From Nitrospirota bacterium (GTDB lineage: Bacteria; Nitrospirota; UBA9217), in assembly GCA_963754875.1 (NCBI GenBank), contig CAVWHO010000016.1, forward strand, positions 192,001 to 256,000: DNA of 64,000 bases, in the 5' to 3' direction. The translations under genes and the position numbers were made by a program. The stretch's first letter is position 1. The number at the start of each line of letters is the position of its first letter. Positions 32,032 through 42,475 of the stretch are shown here, piece after piece. The notes beneath the pieces are model-generated. The model was not told the origin of the DNA, made no database searches, and was given only the letters and a program-made list of their open reading frames with translations.

Positions 32032-32091
32032 CGTCGTAGACCTCTTACTCCTTACTCCGAACTCTTCACTCCTCAAGTCTCACTACTTCCC

Positions 32092-33177
32092 TCACAGCCA
32101 TCCCATCTGCTTCATGCCTGCTGCGACGAGTAACGTAACGAGCGATAACGGCAGTAATATTTTCCAGGATATGGACATGAGCTGGTCATACCGGTACCGC
32201 GGGAGCGTGGCGCGGAGCCACATATAGAAAAAGATAAAGAAGTACAGTTTGCCGAGCAGCCAGATCGTGGGTGGAATGGCTGCCAGGAGCTTGTTGATAA
32301 ACGCGATGGGGGCGATATGGCCGAGCGTATGAGGCAATATCTGCACGGGAAGCCAGCCGCCCAGGAACATGATGGAGACGAGGAGGGACACGACGATCAT
32401 GTTCATGTACTCGGCCATGTAGAAAATGCCGAAACGAATGCCGCTGTATTCGGTAAAGTACCCTGCTACGAGTTCACTTTCTGCTTCCGGCAGGTCGAAA
32501 GGCACGCGGTTCGTCTCGGCAATGCCCGCCATGAGGTACAGGAAGAACGCCACCGGACCGACGGGCAGCGCCACGATGAACCACCGGTTCGCCTGGGCAT
32601 TCACGATCTCGGACAGATTGAGCGACCCCGCCATGAGCACGACCGTGATAATGGCAAAGGCCATCGGGATCTCGTAACTGATCATTTGCGCAGCCGAGCG
32701 GAAGCCTCCCATGAGGGAATATTTATTATTCGAGGACCAGCCAGCCATGATCACGCCGTAGGTGCCTATGCTCGAGAAGGCAAGAATATAGAGCACGCCG
32801 ACATTCAGGTTCGACACCCACAGGGGAACCTTGTTGTGTAAGAGGCCGAAGAAGTCTGTGGGCGGACCAAAAGGAATCACCACCATCGCCCCGAATGCCA
32901 TGACGAGCAGGATCAAGGGCGCTATGCTGAACACCCACTTGTCGGCACGTTCGGGGATGATGTCTTCTTTCATCATGAACTTGACCGCGTCCGCGATCGG
33001 CTGAAGTATTCCGTGCCAGCCGGTCCTCATCGGACCGAGCCGCCCCTGCATGTGGGCCAGCACTTTGCGCTCCATAAGCTGCAGGTACATGGCGTTTGCC
33101 AGGATGAACGCAAGGAGTACGGCAACGGGTATCCCCAGCGTGAATACGTAATGGAGTATTTGGTTCATATCGGGCAT
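32092..33177 (-). CDS. nuoH: NADH-quinone oxidoreductase subunit H
   Basis: ERKVLAHMQGRLGP, PFDLPEAESELVAGY, PRYRYDQL. Confidence 0.95.
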   Translation of the reverse strand: MPDMNQILHYVFTLGIPVAVLLAFILANAMYLQLMERKVLAHMQGRLGPMRTGWHGILQPIADAVKFMMKEDIIPERADKWVFSIAPLILLVMAFGAMVVIPFGPPTDFFGLLHNKVPLWVSNLNVGVLYILAFSSIGTYGVIMAGWSSNNKYSLMGGFRSAAQMISYEIPMAFAIITVVLMAGSLNLSEIVNAQANRWFIVALPVGPVAFFLYLMAGIAETNRVPFDLPEAESELVAGYFTEYSGIRFGIFYMAEYMNMIVVSLLVSIMFLGGWLPVQILPHTLGHIAPIAFINKLLAAIPPTIWLLGKLYFFIFFYMWLRATLPRYRYDQLMSISWKILLPLSLVTLLVAAGMKQMGWL

Positions 33178-33186
33178 GTTCTGCTC

Positions 33187-35311
33187 CTACACTTCTATCT
33201 TGTAGTGTCGAATGGTACCGATTTCTTGAGAACGGGTGATCGTCCCGCCTGACGAGAACAGCAGGCGCTCTCCGGTGATCACTTCCTGCTTCATGATCGA
33301 ATCCGATGAAAGCGAAAGTTCCTCCGGACGATCCTGCAAGCGGCGATTTTTCACTGGCCCAGCACGCTCCGACAGCAAGGTCTTTGTAAAAGGGCACAAC
33401 GGACCGTATCTCTGCCAGGATGTCCCGGACCGAGCCGTAGTTCATGGAACCGCCCATCTTCTTCGCAAGGTCCTGGATGATCTCCCAGTCGGGCCGTGAC
33501 TCTCCGATGGGCTCTTCGGCCTTGTTTAATTGCTGGAGCCGGCGCTCGAGGTTCGTGAAGGTCCCGCTCTTTTCCGCAGAACTTGCCGCAGGAAGCACGA
33601 CATGAGCGAGCTTTGCCGTCTCAGTCATAAAGATGTCCTGTACCACAAGGAATTCGAGCTTCTGGAGTATCGACGTGAGAGAAGGATCACTCCCTACAGG
33701 ATCGTCACCCATGATGTAAAGTGCAGCCAGCTTGCCCGACGCGATCGAGTTGATCATCTCGACGGCGTTCATGCCGGGCTGTTCGGCCTTACGATACCCC
33801 GGCAGGTAGCCTGAAATCACACCCATATCGAGGGAGCCCTGGAAGTTGCTTCTCCGGACGAGCGGATAGTACGTAACGGTTGGGAGTTTACTTGCAAGGT
33901 CTCTGATCAGGGAAACCTCGCTGTCCGTCAGCCGCGCAGGAACAATGATTGCGACCTTCTTCGCTGTTTTCAGCAACTCTGCCGCCTGTTTGGCCTCGCC
34001 GGTCCCTGTTGCGGAGGAAAGAGCTTTGACCAGGTCGGCTAGAGCACGATCGGTACTCGTCGGCAATACCACCGTCGCGATTCTGTTGAACTTGTTGAAC
34101 TCGTCGTTTACCAGGATCACCTTCCGGTCCTTTTTGTTGACGGCACGGACGATCTCGATGCCGGTAAGCGGGTTGATCTCGCCCACGTTTTTGTCGAGCA
34201 CGAGAATCACGTCATGCTCGGCCATCCGGTTCAATTCTCCGGAGAAGAACGACGTATTCAGGCCCTTGGGAGCCTTGAGCCGGGCGAGCGAATCGATATT
34301 GTTGGTTTCAACAACGGTGCGCAGGAATTTCTGGAACGCATAGCTGTCCTCGTTCGTGGTCCGGACCGATCCGAGCCCGCCGATCTTCCCTGCGCCGTTC
34401 TTACTCTTGATCACATTGAGGTTGGTCGCGATGACCGAGAGCGCCTCTTCCCAGGTACAGTCGACCAGTTCCCCTCCCACCCGCATCTTGGGATTCGTCA
34501 GGCGTTCGCTGCTGTGAACAGCGTCCCAACCGAACCGCCCTTTTGCGCAGAGGTAATTGTTCCGTGCAGGACCGACCCGCATGATCTTCCCTTCACGCGT
34601 TTCATAGCTGATCCCGCAACCGCAACCGCAATAGTTGCAGACCGAGGAAGTTGCTTCCAGGTTCCATGACCGGGCCTTGTATTTGAACTGACGCGTGGTG
34701 AGAGCGCCAACAGGGCAGATCTCGACGCACTCGCCGCAGAACTCGCAGTCGAGCGGCCGGTCGAAATCGGTGCTGATGCGCGCCCGTGTTCCCCGGCGCG
34801 TGAACGCCCACTCGCCCACCGCGTTCTGTTCGTCGCAGATCCTGACGCACTTGCCGCAGAGGATGCACCGGCTGATGTTGCGCTCGATGACCGCGCTCTC
34901 GTAATCCGGCGGAAGATATCCCTTTTCAGCGTCGAACCTGCTCGGACCAAGCCCGTACTCATGTACCAGGTCCTGGAGGTTGCACTCGCCCGCTTTGTCG
35001 CACACCGGGCAGTCGAGGGGATGTTTGATCAGGAGCAGTTCGAGGACCATCCTGCGTGCCTCGATGAGCGCCGGCGACGAGGTTCTGACGACCATGTTGT
35101 CCGTAGCCGGCGTGGTGCACGAAGGAGTGAACTTGCGCGGCGTTCCCTCAATCTCGACGAGGCAGATGCGGCATGCTCCGAAGGGATGGAGTTTGTTGTC
35201 GTGGCACAGGGTAGGTATCCGGGACCCCGCGGCAACCGCCGCCTCGTAGATCGTGGAACCCGCCGGGACCTCCACTTTTTTTCCATCAACTGTTACTGTC
35301 ATTTTTTGCAT
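33187..35311 (-). CDS. nuoG: NuoG-like subunit with HydA/FdhA-type Fe-S N-terminus (frameshift near 33325)
   Basis: [2Fe-2S] GACRIC, HPLDCPVCDKAGEC, CILCGKCVRIC, CEFCGECVEICP, CNYCGCGC, then a molybdopterin-oxidoreductase-like fold. The likely C-terminus EELSLSS...YKIEV is in another frame. Confidence 0.85.
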
Positions 35312-35362
35312 ATAAGGTTACCTTCGCGTTTGTATCTTGAACATTGAATTTTTGAATGATAG

Positions 35363-37153
35363 TTAATCAATCGCCCAGAACCGGCAGTTCTTGATGCAGG
35401 TCTTGCACTTGGTGCATTTCTCCGGATCGATATAAGCGACCTGCCCTTTTTCCCATTTGATCGCATTGACCGGGCAGTTTTTGAAACAGAGGCCGCATTT
35501 TTTGCACTTCTCCTCGTTTACCTTGAATTCGATCAGGGGCGTACAGACCCGGGCGGGACACTTGTGATCCTTGATGTGCGCTTCATATTCGTCGCGGAAA
35601 TACTTGATCGTCGTGAGCACCGGGTTCGGAGACGTCTGGCCAAGACCGCACAGCGACGTGTCCTTGATCTGCTGAGAGAGTTCGAGCAGCAATTCGAGGT
35701 CGCCTTCGCGGCCCTCGCCATTCGTGATGCGGGTGAGGATCGAGAGCAGCGTCTTGTTTCCGATCCTGCAGGGCACGCACTTGCCGCAGGACTCGTCTTC
35801 TGTAAACTCAAGGAAGAACTTGGCCATGGCCGGCATGCAGGTCAACTCGTCCATCACCACCATACCGCCGGACCCCATGATCGCGCCGGTCTTGTTGATG
35901 TTCTCGAAATCCACGGGCGTATCGATGAGCGAAGAGGGAATACAGCCGCCTGACGGTCCGCCCATCTGCACGGCCTTGAACTTCCGGTTTCCTTTGATGC
36001 CGCCGCCGATGTCGAAGATCACGGTCTTGAGCGGGATGCCCATGGGCACTTCGACAAGCCCGATATTGTTCAGCGCTCCCGAAAGTGCGAACACTTTCGT
36101 GCCTTTGCTCTTCTCGGTCCCGATGCTCGAAAACCAGTCCGCCCCGTTCAGAATAATGGGCGGCACGTTGGCAAAAGTTTCGACGTTGTTCAGGACCGAC
36201 GGCCGCTGCCAGAGTCCCTTGACTGCCGGGAACGGCGGTTTGGCCCTCGGCATGCCGCGCCTACCTTCGATGGACGCCATGAGGGCCGTCTCTTCACCGC
36301 AGACAAACGCCCCGGCTCCCTGATAAATCTCGATATCCAGATCGAATCCGGTGCCGAGAATGTCCTTGCCGAGAAGACCCCGGTCTTTGGCCTGCTCAAT
36401 GGCGAGCTGTAGCCGGTGCACGGCAAGGGGATATTCGGCCCGGACATAGATATACCCAAGATGGGCATTAATAGCTTTTGCGGCAACGATCATGCCTTCG
36501 AGCACGGAATGGGGGTCCGCCTCCATGACGCTGCGGTCCATGAACGCGCCGGGGTCGCCCTCGTCTCCGTTGCAGAGGATGTATTTGATGTCGCCCTGGA
36601 CCCGCGCACAGAGCTCCCACTTGAGTCCGGTCAGGAAGCCTGCTCCTCCCCGGCCGCGGAGACCGGACTTTTTCACCTCGATCACGATTTGTTCGGGAGT
36701 CATCTCAGTGAGCGCTTTGGCCGCCGCCATGTAACCGTCACGGGCAATGTACTCCTCGATCTTCTCGGCATCAATGAGGCTCCGGTTCCGGAGCGCGCGC
36801 AGCACCTGGTGTTTGAAGAAGGGGATCTCGTTCATCACCGGGATCGTCTTCTTGTCAGTCGGCGGCGTGTAGAGGAACTTCTCGACCGGCCGTCCCTTGA
36901 TGAAGTGCTCCTCAACCAGGTGCGGAACATCCTCGGGCTTCACCAGCTGGTAGAAAATGTCTTCGGGGTAGACGACCATGACCGGCCCCTTGGCGCAGAA
37001 CCCATTGCAGCCGGTCAGTACGATCTTGACCTCGTTCTGAAGGTTTCGCTTGATAAACTCGGTTTCGAGTGCATCTCTGACCTTCAGCGATCCGTTTGCC
37101 ACGCAGCCCGTGCCTGCGCAAATCATTATGTTTGAGCGGTATGTCGTTTCCAC
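35363..37153 (-). CDS. nuoF: NuoF/HydB(HndC)-type NADH-binding flavoprotein
   Basis: N-terminal thioredoxin-like CAGTGC/GCNGFC, GRGGAGF, DEGDPGAFMDRS, CGEETAL, SCGKCVPC, and C-terminal 2x[4Fe-4S]. Confidence 0.92.
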   Translation of the reverse strand: METTYRSNIMICAGTGCVANGSLKVRDALETEFIKRNLQNEVKIVLTGCNGFCAKGPVMVVYPEDIFYQLVKPEDVPHLVEEHFIKGRPVEKFLYTPPTDKKTIPVMNEIPFFKHQVLRALRNRSLIDAEKIEEYIARDGYMAAAKALTEMTPEQIVIEVKKSGLRGRGGAGFLTGLKWELCARVQGDIKYILCNGDEGDPGAFMDRSVMEADPHSVLEGMIVAAKAINAHLGYIYVRAEYPLAVHRLQLAIEQAKDRGLLGKDILGTGFDLDIEIYQGAGAFVCGEETALMASIEGRRGMPRAKPPFPAVKGLWQRPSVLNNVETFANVPPIILNGADWFSSIGTEKSKGTKVFALSGALNNIGLVEVPMGIPLKTVIFDIGGGIKGNRKFKAVQMGGPSGGCIPSSLIDTPVDFENINKTGAIMGSGGMVVMDELTCMPAMAKFFLEFTEDESCGKCVPCRIGNKTLLSILTRITNGEGREGDLELLLELSQQIKDTSLCGLGQTSPNPVLTTIKYFRDEYEAHIKDHKCPARVCTPLIEFKVNEEKCKKCGLCFKNCPVNAIKWEKGQVAYIDPEKCTKCKTCIKNCRFWAID

Positions 37154-37207
37154 GTTACCCTACCCCATTAAACAGTTTAAGCGGTTTACACAGTTCAAAC
37201 CGTTATT

Positions 37208-37585
37208 TTAATACGTCGTCTCATGCCCGACGACCAGTGCAAATTCCGGAACCGGCTTGCCTCCCACCACATGTTCGGCGAATATCTTCCGCATCTTCTC
37301 ATCCGTCAGCGAGATATACTTCACCGGCGGCTCGCCGGTAAGTTCTATCGTTGCCATCGGCTCCTTGCTGCAAAGCCCCGCACAGCCCGAGGTGGTGATC
37401 GCAACGTCTTTGAGATTGGACTTCGTGAGTTCTTCCATGACAGCGTTCATGATGCCGCGGGCACCTGCTGCGATGCCGCAGGTTCCCATATGCACCGTGA
37501 TCTTGACCCGGAACCCACCCTCGCGCAGTCCCTGATGGTACTCTTGCTTGATCTTTTTTAAATCCGCTATCGTCAACTTTGCCAT
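37208..37585 (-). CDS. Thioredoxin-like [2Fe-2S] ferredoxin (HndB/HydD-like)
   Basis: VHMGTCGIAAGAR, SGCAGLCSKEP. Confidence 0.88.
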   Translation of the reverse strand: MAKLTIADLKKIKQEYHQGLREGGFRVKITVHMGTCGIAAGARGIMNAVMEELTKSNLKDVAITTSGCAGLCSKEPMATIELTGEPPVKYISLTDEKMRKIFAEHVVGGKPVPEFALVVGHETTY

Positions 37586-37686
37586 ATGCCCCCCTATGGG
37601 GAAATCCTCAATTCAAATATCGAAATCCTGAACGTTGCCTTTAACGATATTATTTTGAATTTCGGATTTCGTGCATCGAATTATCC

Positions 37687-38196
37687 TTAATCATATTTTT
37701 TCACGATGTCCATCACCTTGGTGGCCGCCACGTCCCCGTACGTGTCCTGTCCAATCACGACGACCGGCGCGAGTCCGCAGGCGCCAAGGCAACGCACGGC
37801 TTCGATAGAGTACTTTTTGTCTCGAGTGATCTCTCCAACCTCGACGTCCAACTCGTCCTTGAGCTTGATGAGGATTTCTTCGCTCCGCTTTACATAGCAG
37901 GCCGTGCCGAGGCAGACGCGGATGACGTGCTTGCCGCGCGGGACGAGGGTGAAGAAAGAATAGAACGTGGCCACGCCGAACACGACGCTCGGTGACATCT
38001 TCATCCCTTTCGCGATATACCGCTGCACGGCATGAGGCAGATAGCCGCACACGTCCTGCGACTGTTGGAGCACCGGGATGAGCGAACCGGGCTTGTTCTT
38101 GTACCGCTCGATGATCGCATCGATCTTCCGGTACATCTCGGGCACTATGACTTCATTGTCTGTTGCAGTCTGTTGGGCTACCGCTTCGTTACTCAT
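37687..38196 (-). CDS. nuoE: NuoE/HydC(HndA)-type [2Fe-2S] subunit
   Basis: GVATFYSFF, VCLGTAC, RCLGACGLAP. Confidence 0.92.
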   Translation of the reverse strand: MSNEAVAQQTATDNEVIVPEMYRKIDAIIERYKNKPGSLIPVLQQSQDVCGYLPHAVQRYIAKGMKMSPSVVFGVATFYSFFTLVPRGKHVIRVCLGTACYVKRSEEILIKLKDELDVEVGEITRDKKYSIEAVRCLGACGLAPVVVIGQDTYGDVAATKVMDIVKKYD

Positions 38197-38224
38197 GTTC
38201 TACCTCGTTTACTCAAGTGTATTG

Positions 38225-38761
38225 TTACTGTTTGAGTTTTATTTCGTCCTGCAACATGCCCCTGATCGCAGCAAGCGCTGCAGGCCCGCTGATCGGGACA
38301 CCTTCGAGCTCGGCCTTGAGCTCCCTGGTATCAAACCGGAAGGTGTGTTCTCCGTCCCGTTCTTCATATATATAGTCCCGGTCACCATGGCCGGCGATCA
38401 GCGTAATCAGCGTTTCGGCCATATTCCCTATCGCCGGACGGTCCATATGACTCAAGCCGAACGTGACCAGCACCCTCGTTCCCGCGCCCGGCGCCGATTC
38501 AATGACCAGCGTTCCGCCGGTCTGCTCGGCTGCCTGGGTCAACAGGGGGATTCCCAGGCCTGTCTTCTTGTGTTTCGTCGTAAAGAACGGGTCCCGCACC
38601 CTGGCAAGCGTCTCTGCATCCATACCCTTGCCGTCATCAAGCACTTCGACTCGAAGAAGGTCGTTCTTCTCATCCCGTTGGATAATTATGGTGATACATT
38701 TCGCGTCGGCCCGAATCGAGTTCTCGGCGATATCGAGGATATGGAGAGAAATATCTTCCAT
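38225..38761 (-). CDS. Stand-alone HATPase_c (histidine-kinase-like) protein
   Basis: SLHILDIAENS, DDGKGM, DPFFTT, GLGIP. Confidence 0.85.
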   Translation of the reverse strand: MEDISLHILDIAENSIRADAKCITIIIQRDEKNDLLRVEVLDDGKGMDAETLARVRDPFFTTKHKKTGLGIPLLTQAAEQTGGTLVIESAPGAGTRVLVTFGLSHMDRPAIGNMAETLITLIAGHGDRDYIYEERDGEHTFRFDTRELKAELEGVPISGPAALAAIRGMLQDEIKLKQ

Positions 38762-38765
38762 GTCC

Positions 38766-39512
38766 TCAACACTCCGCCTTCCTGCCGTCCCTGCCGATCA
38801 GGGCTTTTTTGATCTCAGCCACGGTTCCGTCTTCGATCGTAAAGCAGGTATAACGTTTCCCGATATCCCCGGGGTTGTGGGCATCCGAGCTGGTTATGAT
38901 CGGATACTTCCTGCAGTCCGGGAACCGCTCCTTTGCAGCAGATGCAGTCATTTGCGCCGATACTTCCACTGCGTCCAGGACCAGTGTGGAAGGGATGAAC
39001 CCGAGCTGCCCGATAAGGCTGAAGGATTCACGATCCACATGCGCGGCCACCACGAGACTTTCGTTTTTCGCCCGCCGAGCCGCTGCTACGATCGCTTCCG
39101 CCGGAAGCGACGTCGCCGCAATCAAAAACCGGTCGCAGAAACCGGTCACACCGTCTTCGTCGTCTGCGATCACCTGCATGCCGAAGGCATGTTCGTCATT
39201 CGTGCCTGCCAGGTGCCGGTAAATAAACTCCTGAAAGTCCAGGAGGTCATCGTCGTCATCAAAGAAAACCAGGAGGTGCGCTTCTTCGGAGGAGGTGACT
39301 TCCATCCCGCCGAGTACCATCAGGCCGTTTCGGCTGCCCGCCTTCTTCACGGCAAGCGCGTTTTCCGCCGAATTATGATCGCACACGCCGATCAGATCGA
39401 GGCCCTTCGAAAGGGCCGCATTCACGACCTCGCGCGGCGACATATCCAGGCTGGAGCAGGGCGACAAACACGTATGCACGTGCAGATCGGCTTTAATGCG
39501 CCTCAGCGCCAC
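38766..39512 (-). CDS. PHP-domain phosphoesterase
   Basis: DLHVHTCLSPC, DHN, AHVDR, SSDAH. Confidence 0.88.
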   Translation of the reverse strand: MALRRIKADLHVHTCLSPCSSLDMSPREVVNAALSKGLDLIGVCDHNSAENALAVKKAGSRNGLMVLGGMEVTSSEEAHLLVFFDDDDDLLDFQEFIYRHLAGTNDEHAFGMQVIADDEDGVTGFCDRFLIAATSLPAEAIVAAARRAKNESLVVAAHVDRESFSLIGQLGFIPSTLVLDAVEVSAQMTASAAKERFPDCRKYPIITSSDAHNPGDIGKRYTCFTIEDGTVAEIKKALIGRDGRKAEC

Positions 39513-39843
39513 GGATCCCCGCCTTGTACAATCTACCGACCAGTTCGAAAGCCGAAAGGTCGCTTACGAGAATCGGTATGTTCTCTTCCTCAGCCTTGGC
39601 TATGGTATCTTGTTCCGGCTGTCTGCCCTGGACCAGAACGATCCCCGAGAGCCCCTTGTGCGATGCCACTGCTACGATGTTCTGGTGGATATGGAGAGTG
39701 ACCCAGAGGACTCCTTCGTCTGCATGCGCAAGGACGTCCGACAACAGATCGCTCACGTAACCGCCGGTCACTTCGCCGTCGAGATGACCGGAACCGGTTT
39801 TTACTTCAAGATTAAATTCTTTTACAAGGTCCTTCAGGTTCAT
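39493..39843 (-). CDS. DRTGG-domain protein
   Basis: GGYVSDLLSDVL, WVTLHIHQNIVAVA. Confidence 0.8.
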   Translation of the reverse strand: MNLKDLVKEFNLEVKTGSGHLDGEVTGGYVSDLLSDVLAHADEGVLWVTLHIHQNIVAVASHKGLSGIVLVQGRQPEQDTIAKAEEENIPILVSDLSAFELVGRLYKAGIRGAEAH

Positions 39844-39857
39844 GGGTGGGCCCCCCG

Positions 39858-40811
39858 TCAGCTCGTGTAAAAGAATTGCATCGTCAGGTGCGTTCCTTCA
39901 GGCACCGACGATTTGAGAGCCATTTCATCGGCGCACTTCTTCATATTTACGAGCCCCATGCCCGCTCCGAACCCCAGTTCCCGGACCCAATCGGGCGCCG
40001 TGGAGTACCCCGGCTGCATGGCTTTATCAACGTCGGGGATGCCGGGGCCGTTATCGATCGCTTCCACCGTGATCCCCCACTTCTCTATCTGGGCCCGGAT
40101 TTCTCCGCCTTTAGTGTACGAGGCGAGATTGATTTCTGCTTCATAGGTCGCCACTCCGATCCTTCTGAGGAGCGGTGGACAAACACCTAATTTTTTGAGC
40201 GCGTTCTTCAACTCGCTCGCGGCCTTTCCAGCGTCCTTTAAGGTCTGACCGGGAACCTGGAATTTGAATGCAAAGCTGATCTCGTCTGCAGATACATCCT
40301 GAAAAAACTTCTGCATCGTCGGCCGATGACGCACCACCGCTGCTTTTGTCTCGGATTGCTCGTATTCCACTTCAAGTTTCCTGAGCAAACCCTCGACGAT
40401 ACTTCCCTTGGTAATGATACCGACCAGTTCATCATCACGGCTCAGCACCGGATATCGGCGGTACCCAAATTTTGAGAACTTTGCGATGCAATGGACGAGA
40501 AGTTCGTCAATGTACAGGCATTGCACTTTCTGCGTCATTCGCTCCCGGACCGGGGCATTGATGGCATTATCAGTGAAAGCATTGATCAGGTCTTCTATGC
40601 TGATCATGCCGACGAGCCTGCCGTTCTCGACCACGGGCGTACCGGAAATGCGGTTGTCCCGCAAAACGAGCCTGAACTCCGACATGGTCTGGTCCGGACC
40701 TACCGTGACCATCTTGGTGGCCATGACCTCGCCGACGGTGAGCTCATAGACCATCTCCTGGGTCTTCGTCACGCGGTCTGTCGTGTCTTGCTCTTTACCC
40801 GGTAGCGCCAT
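39858..40811 (-). CDS. CBS-pair plus RsbT/anti-sigma-type Ser/Thr kinase (HATPase)
   Basis: Two CBS motifs, then YEAEIN, DNGPGIPD, GYSTAP, GFGAGMGL. Confidence 0.85.
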   Translation of the reverse strand: MALPGKEQDTTDRVTKTQEMVYELTVGEVMATKMVTVGPDQTMSEFRLVLRDNRISGTPVVENGRLVGMISIEDLINAFTDNAINAPVRERMTQKVQCLYIDELLVHCIAKFSKFGYRRYPVLSRDDELVGIITKGSIVEGLLRKLEVEYEQSETKAAVVRHRPTMQKFFQDVSADEISFAFKFQVPGQTLKDAGKAASELKNALKKLGVCPPLLRRIGVATYEAEINLASYTKGGEIRAQIEKWGITVEAIDNGPGIPDVDKAMQPGYSTAPDWVRELGFGAGMGLVNMKKCADEMALKSSVPEGTHLTMQFFYTS

Positions 40812-40815
40812 TGTC

Positions 40816-41172
40816 CTATTGCCGCTCGGCTACCCCCCTGAGACCGCTTGTATACAGTATGCCGCATGCTTCAAACATCGTCAGATTCGTAACGAAGAGG
40901 GGGATGTCTTTTTGTTGTGCCAGTGCAACAGCGGCCGTATCAGGCTTTTTCCCGCGGACCACGCAAACTGCCCTGATTTCGGCGATATCGGCTGTTCGCA
41001 CTGCCTGGGGGTTCGTGATTCCCGTGATTAAGATGCCGTTTGCATAAGAACGTCCCAGAACATCGCTCATCAGGTCGGCGCTGAAGCACCGGTCGACTTC
41101 AATCTCATCGAGGAGCCCATCACCGACAAGAACCTCGGCCTGAAGCAGCTTGATGATGTCTCTCAGTTTCAT
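40816..41172 (-). CDS. DRTGG-domain protein
   Basis: ADLMSDVL, ITGITNPQAVRTA, VRGKKP, MFEACGILY. Confidence 0.8.
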   Translation of the reverse strand: MKLRDIIKLLQAEVLVGDGLLDEIEVDRCFSADLMSDVLGRSYANGILITGITNPQAVRTADIAEIRAVCVVRGKKPDTAAVALAQQKDIPLFVTNLTMFEACGILYTSGLRGVAERQ

Positions 41173-41190
41173 CGCGCGATCCCCAAACCG

Positions 41191-42390
41191 CTACCTATCG
41201 CACTCGCCGAGCACGATGTCGATCGTTCCGATGCAGGATATAACGTCCGCCACCATATGTCCGGTCACCATCTTCGGGAGGGCGCTTATGTGAACATACG
41301 ATGGGGCGCGGATCTTGATCCGGTACGGCCGGCCGCTTCCGTCGCTTACAATATAGAAGCCAAGTTCGCCTTTCGGCGCCTCAGTGGCAACATACACCTC
41401 GCCTTTGGGCATGGGCACCCACTTGCTCATCAGCACGAACTGGTGTGCAAGCGTCGCCATGTTCTGCATCACCTGGGTTTTTTCGGGTACGGCGTAGCGC
41501 AGGTCGCTGGTGGTGATCGGACCGGGCTGCATCATGTCCAGGCACTGTTTGATGATCCGGTTGCTCTGGCGCATCTCGTTGATACGCACGATATACCGGT
41601 CGTAGACGTCGCCGTTCTTGCCGAGCGGAACGTCGAACTCAACCTTATCATATGCGGCATAGGGCTCGACCTTGCGCAGATCATAGTTCACACCCGAGCC
41701 GCGGAGAGTACCGCCGGTCAGACCGTAGTTTACCGCTTCCTCTGCCGAGAACACGCCGATGCCGACGGTGCGCTGGAGCCAGATACGGTTCTGACGAATC
41801 ATCGTGTCGTATTCTTCAAGCCGCTTGGGGAAGAGCTCAGTGAACTCGCGGCATTTATCTATGAAATCGCGCGGCACATCGTTGCGCAGACCGCCGATGC
41901 GGACATAGCTCACCGTCTGGCGAGCGCCCGTCACCATCTCTGCAAGGTCAAGGACCAGTTCCCGTTCCCGCAGGGTGTACATGCAAACCGTCATGGCGCC
42001 GATATCAAGGGCATGGGTGCCAAGCCAGACCAGGTGCCCGGAAATCCGCGTAAGCTCGGCCATCAGCGTCCTGATATACTGCGCCCGCTCCGGGACCGTG
42101 ATATCCGCGAGTTTTTCCACAGCTATCACGTATCCGAGATTGTTGTTCATGCACGTGATGTATTCGAGCCGGTCCGTAACGGGGATGTTCTGATGGTAGG
42201 TCTTGCTTTCCATCAGCTTCTCGATCCCGCGGTGCAGATAGCCGGGACGCGGGTCGCACCCTACGACGGTCTCGCCCTGCAGGTCGAGCACCAGGCGCAG
42301 CACACCATGCGTGGCCGGATGCTGCGGCCCCATATTCAGGGTTATTTCTTTTTGAACGATCTCTTTCTTTGCTGTTTCAGTCGAGGACAT
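41191..42390 (-). CDS. nuoD: NADH-quinone oxidoreductase subunit D
   Basis: NMGPQHPATHGVLR, GYLHRGIEK, EAPKGELG, GECDR. No CxxC Ni-binding motifs. Confidence 0.95.
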   Translation of the reverse strand: MSSTETAKKEIVQKEITLNMGPQHPATHGVLRLVLDLQGETVVGCDPRPGYLHRGIEKLMESKTYHQNIPVTDRLEYITCMNNNLGYVIAVEKLADITVPERAQYIRTLMAELTRISGHLVWLGTHALDIGAMTVCMYTLRERELVLDLAEMVTGARQTVSYVRIGGLRNDVPRDFIDKCREFTELFPKRLEEYDTMIRQNRIWLQRTVGIGVFSAEEAVNYGLTGGTLRGSGVNYDLRKVEPYAAYDKVEFDVPLGKNGDVYDRYIVRINEMRQSNRIIKQCLDMMQPGPITTSDLRYAVPEKTQVMQNMATLAHQFVLMSKWVPMPKGEVYVATEAPKGELGFYIVSDGSGRPYRIKIRAPSYVHISALPKMVTGHMVADVISCIGTIDIVLGECDR

Positions 42391-42475
42391 AAGTTCACCA
42401 TAGAAAAGGGGCCGGGATCCAGCGTTCGGGGTTCAGGAAAAGGTTTGTTCTCCTGAGCCCGGCCCCAGTTATTTA

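Noticed and set aside
32726..33320. Apparent 861-aa NuoG extending across nuoH
   Set aside because: Artefact of the frameshift near 33325. The shifted frame ends at 33187, just before nuoH.
33187..35311. NuoG-like subunit as an [FeFe]-hydrogenase or Sec-containing formate dehydrogenase
   Set aside because: No H-cluster motifs, no catalytic Cys/Sec-His at the expected position, and the molybdopterin-binding region is shortened.
38463..42456. Long plus-strand ORFs (412 aa, 399 aa) and similar antisense ORFs elsewhere
   Set aside because: Shadow frames of well-supported minus-strand genes in GC-rich DNA, with no recognisable motifs.
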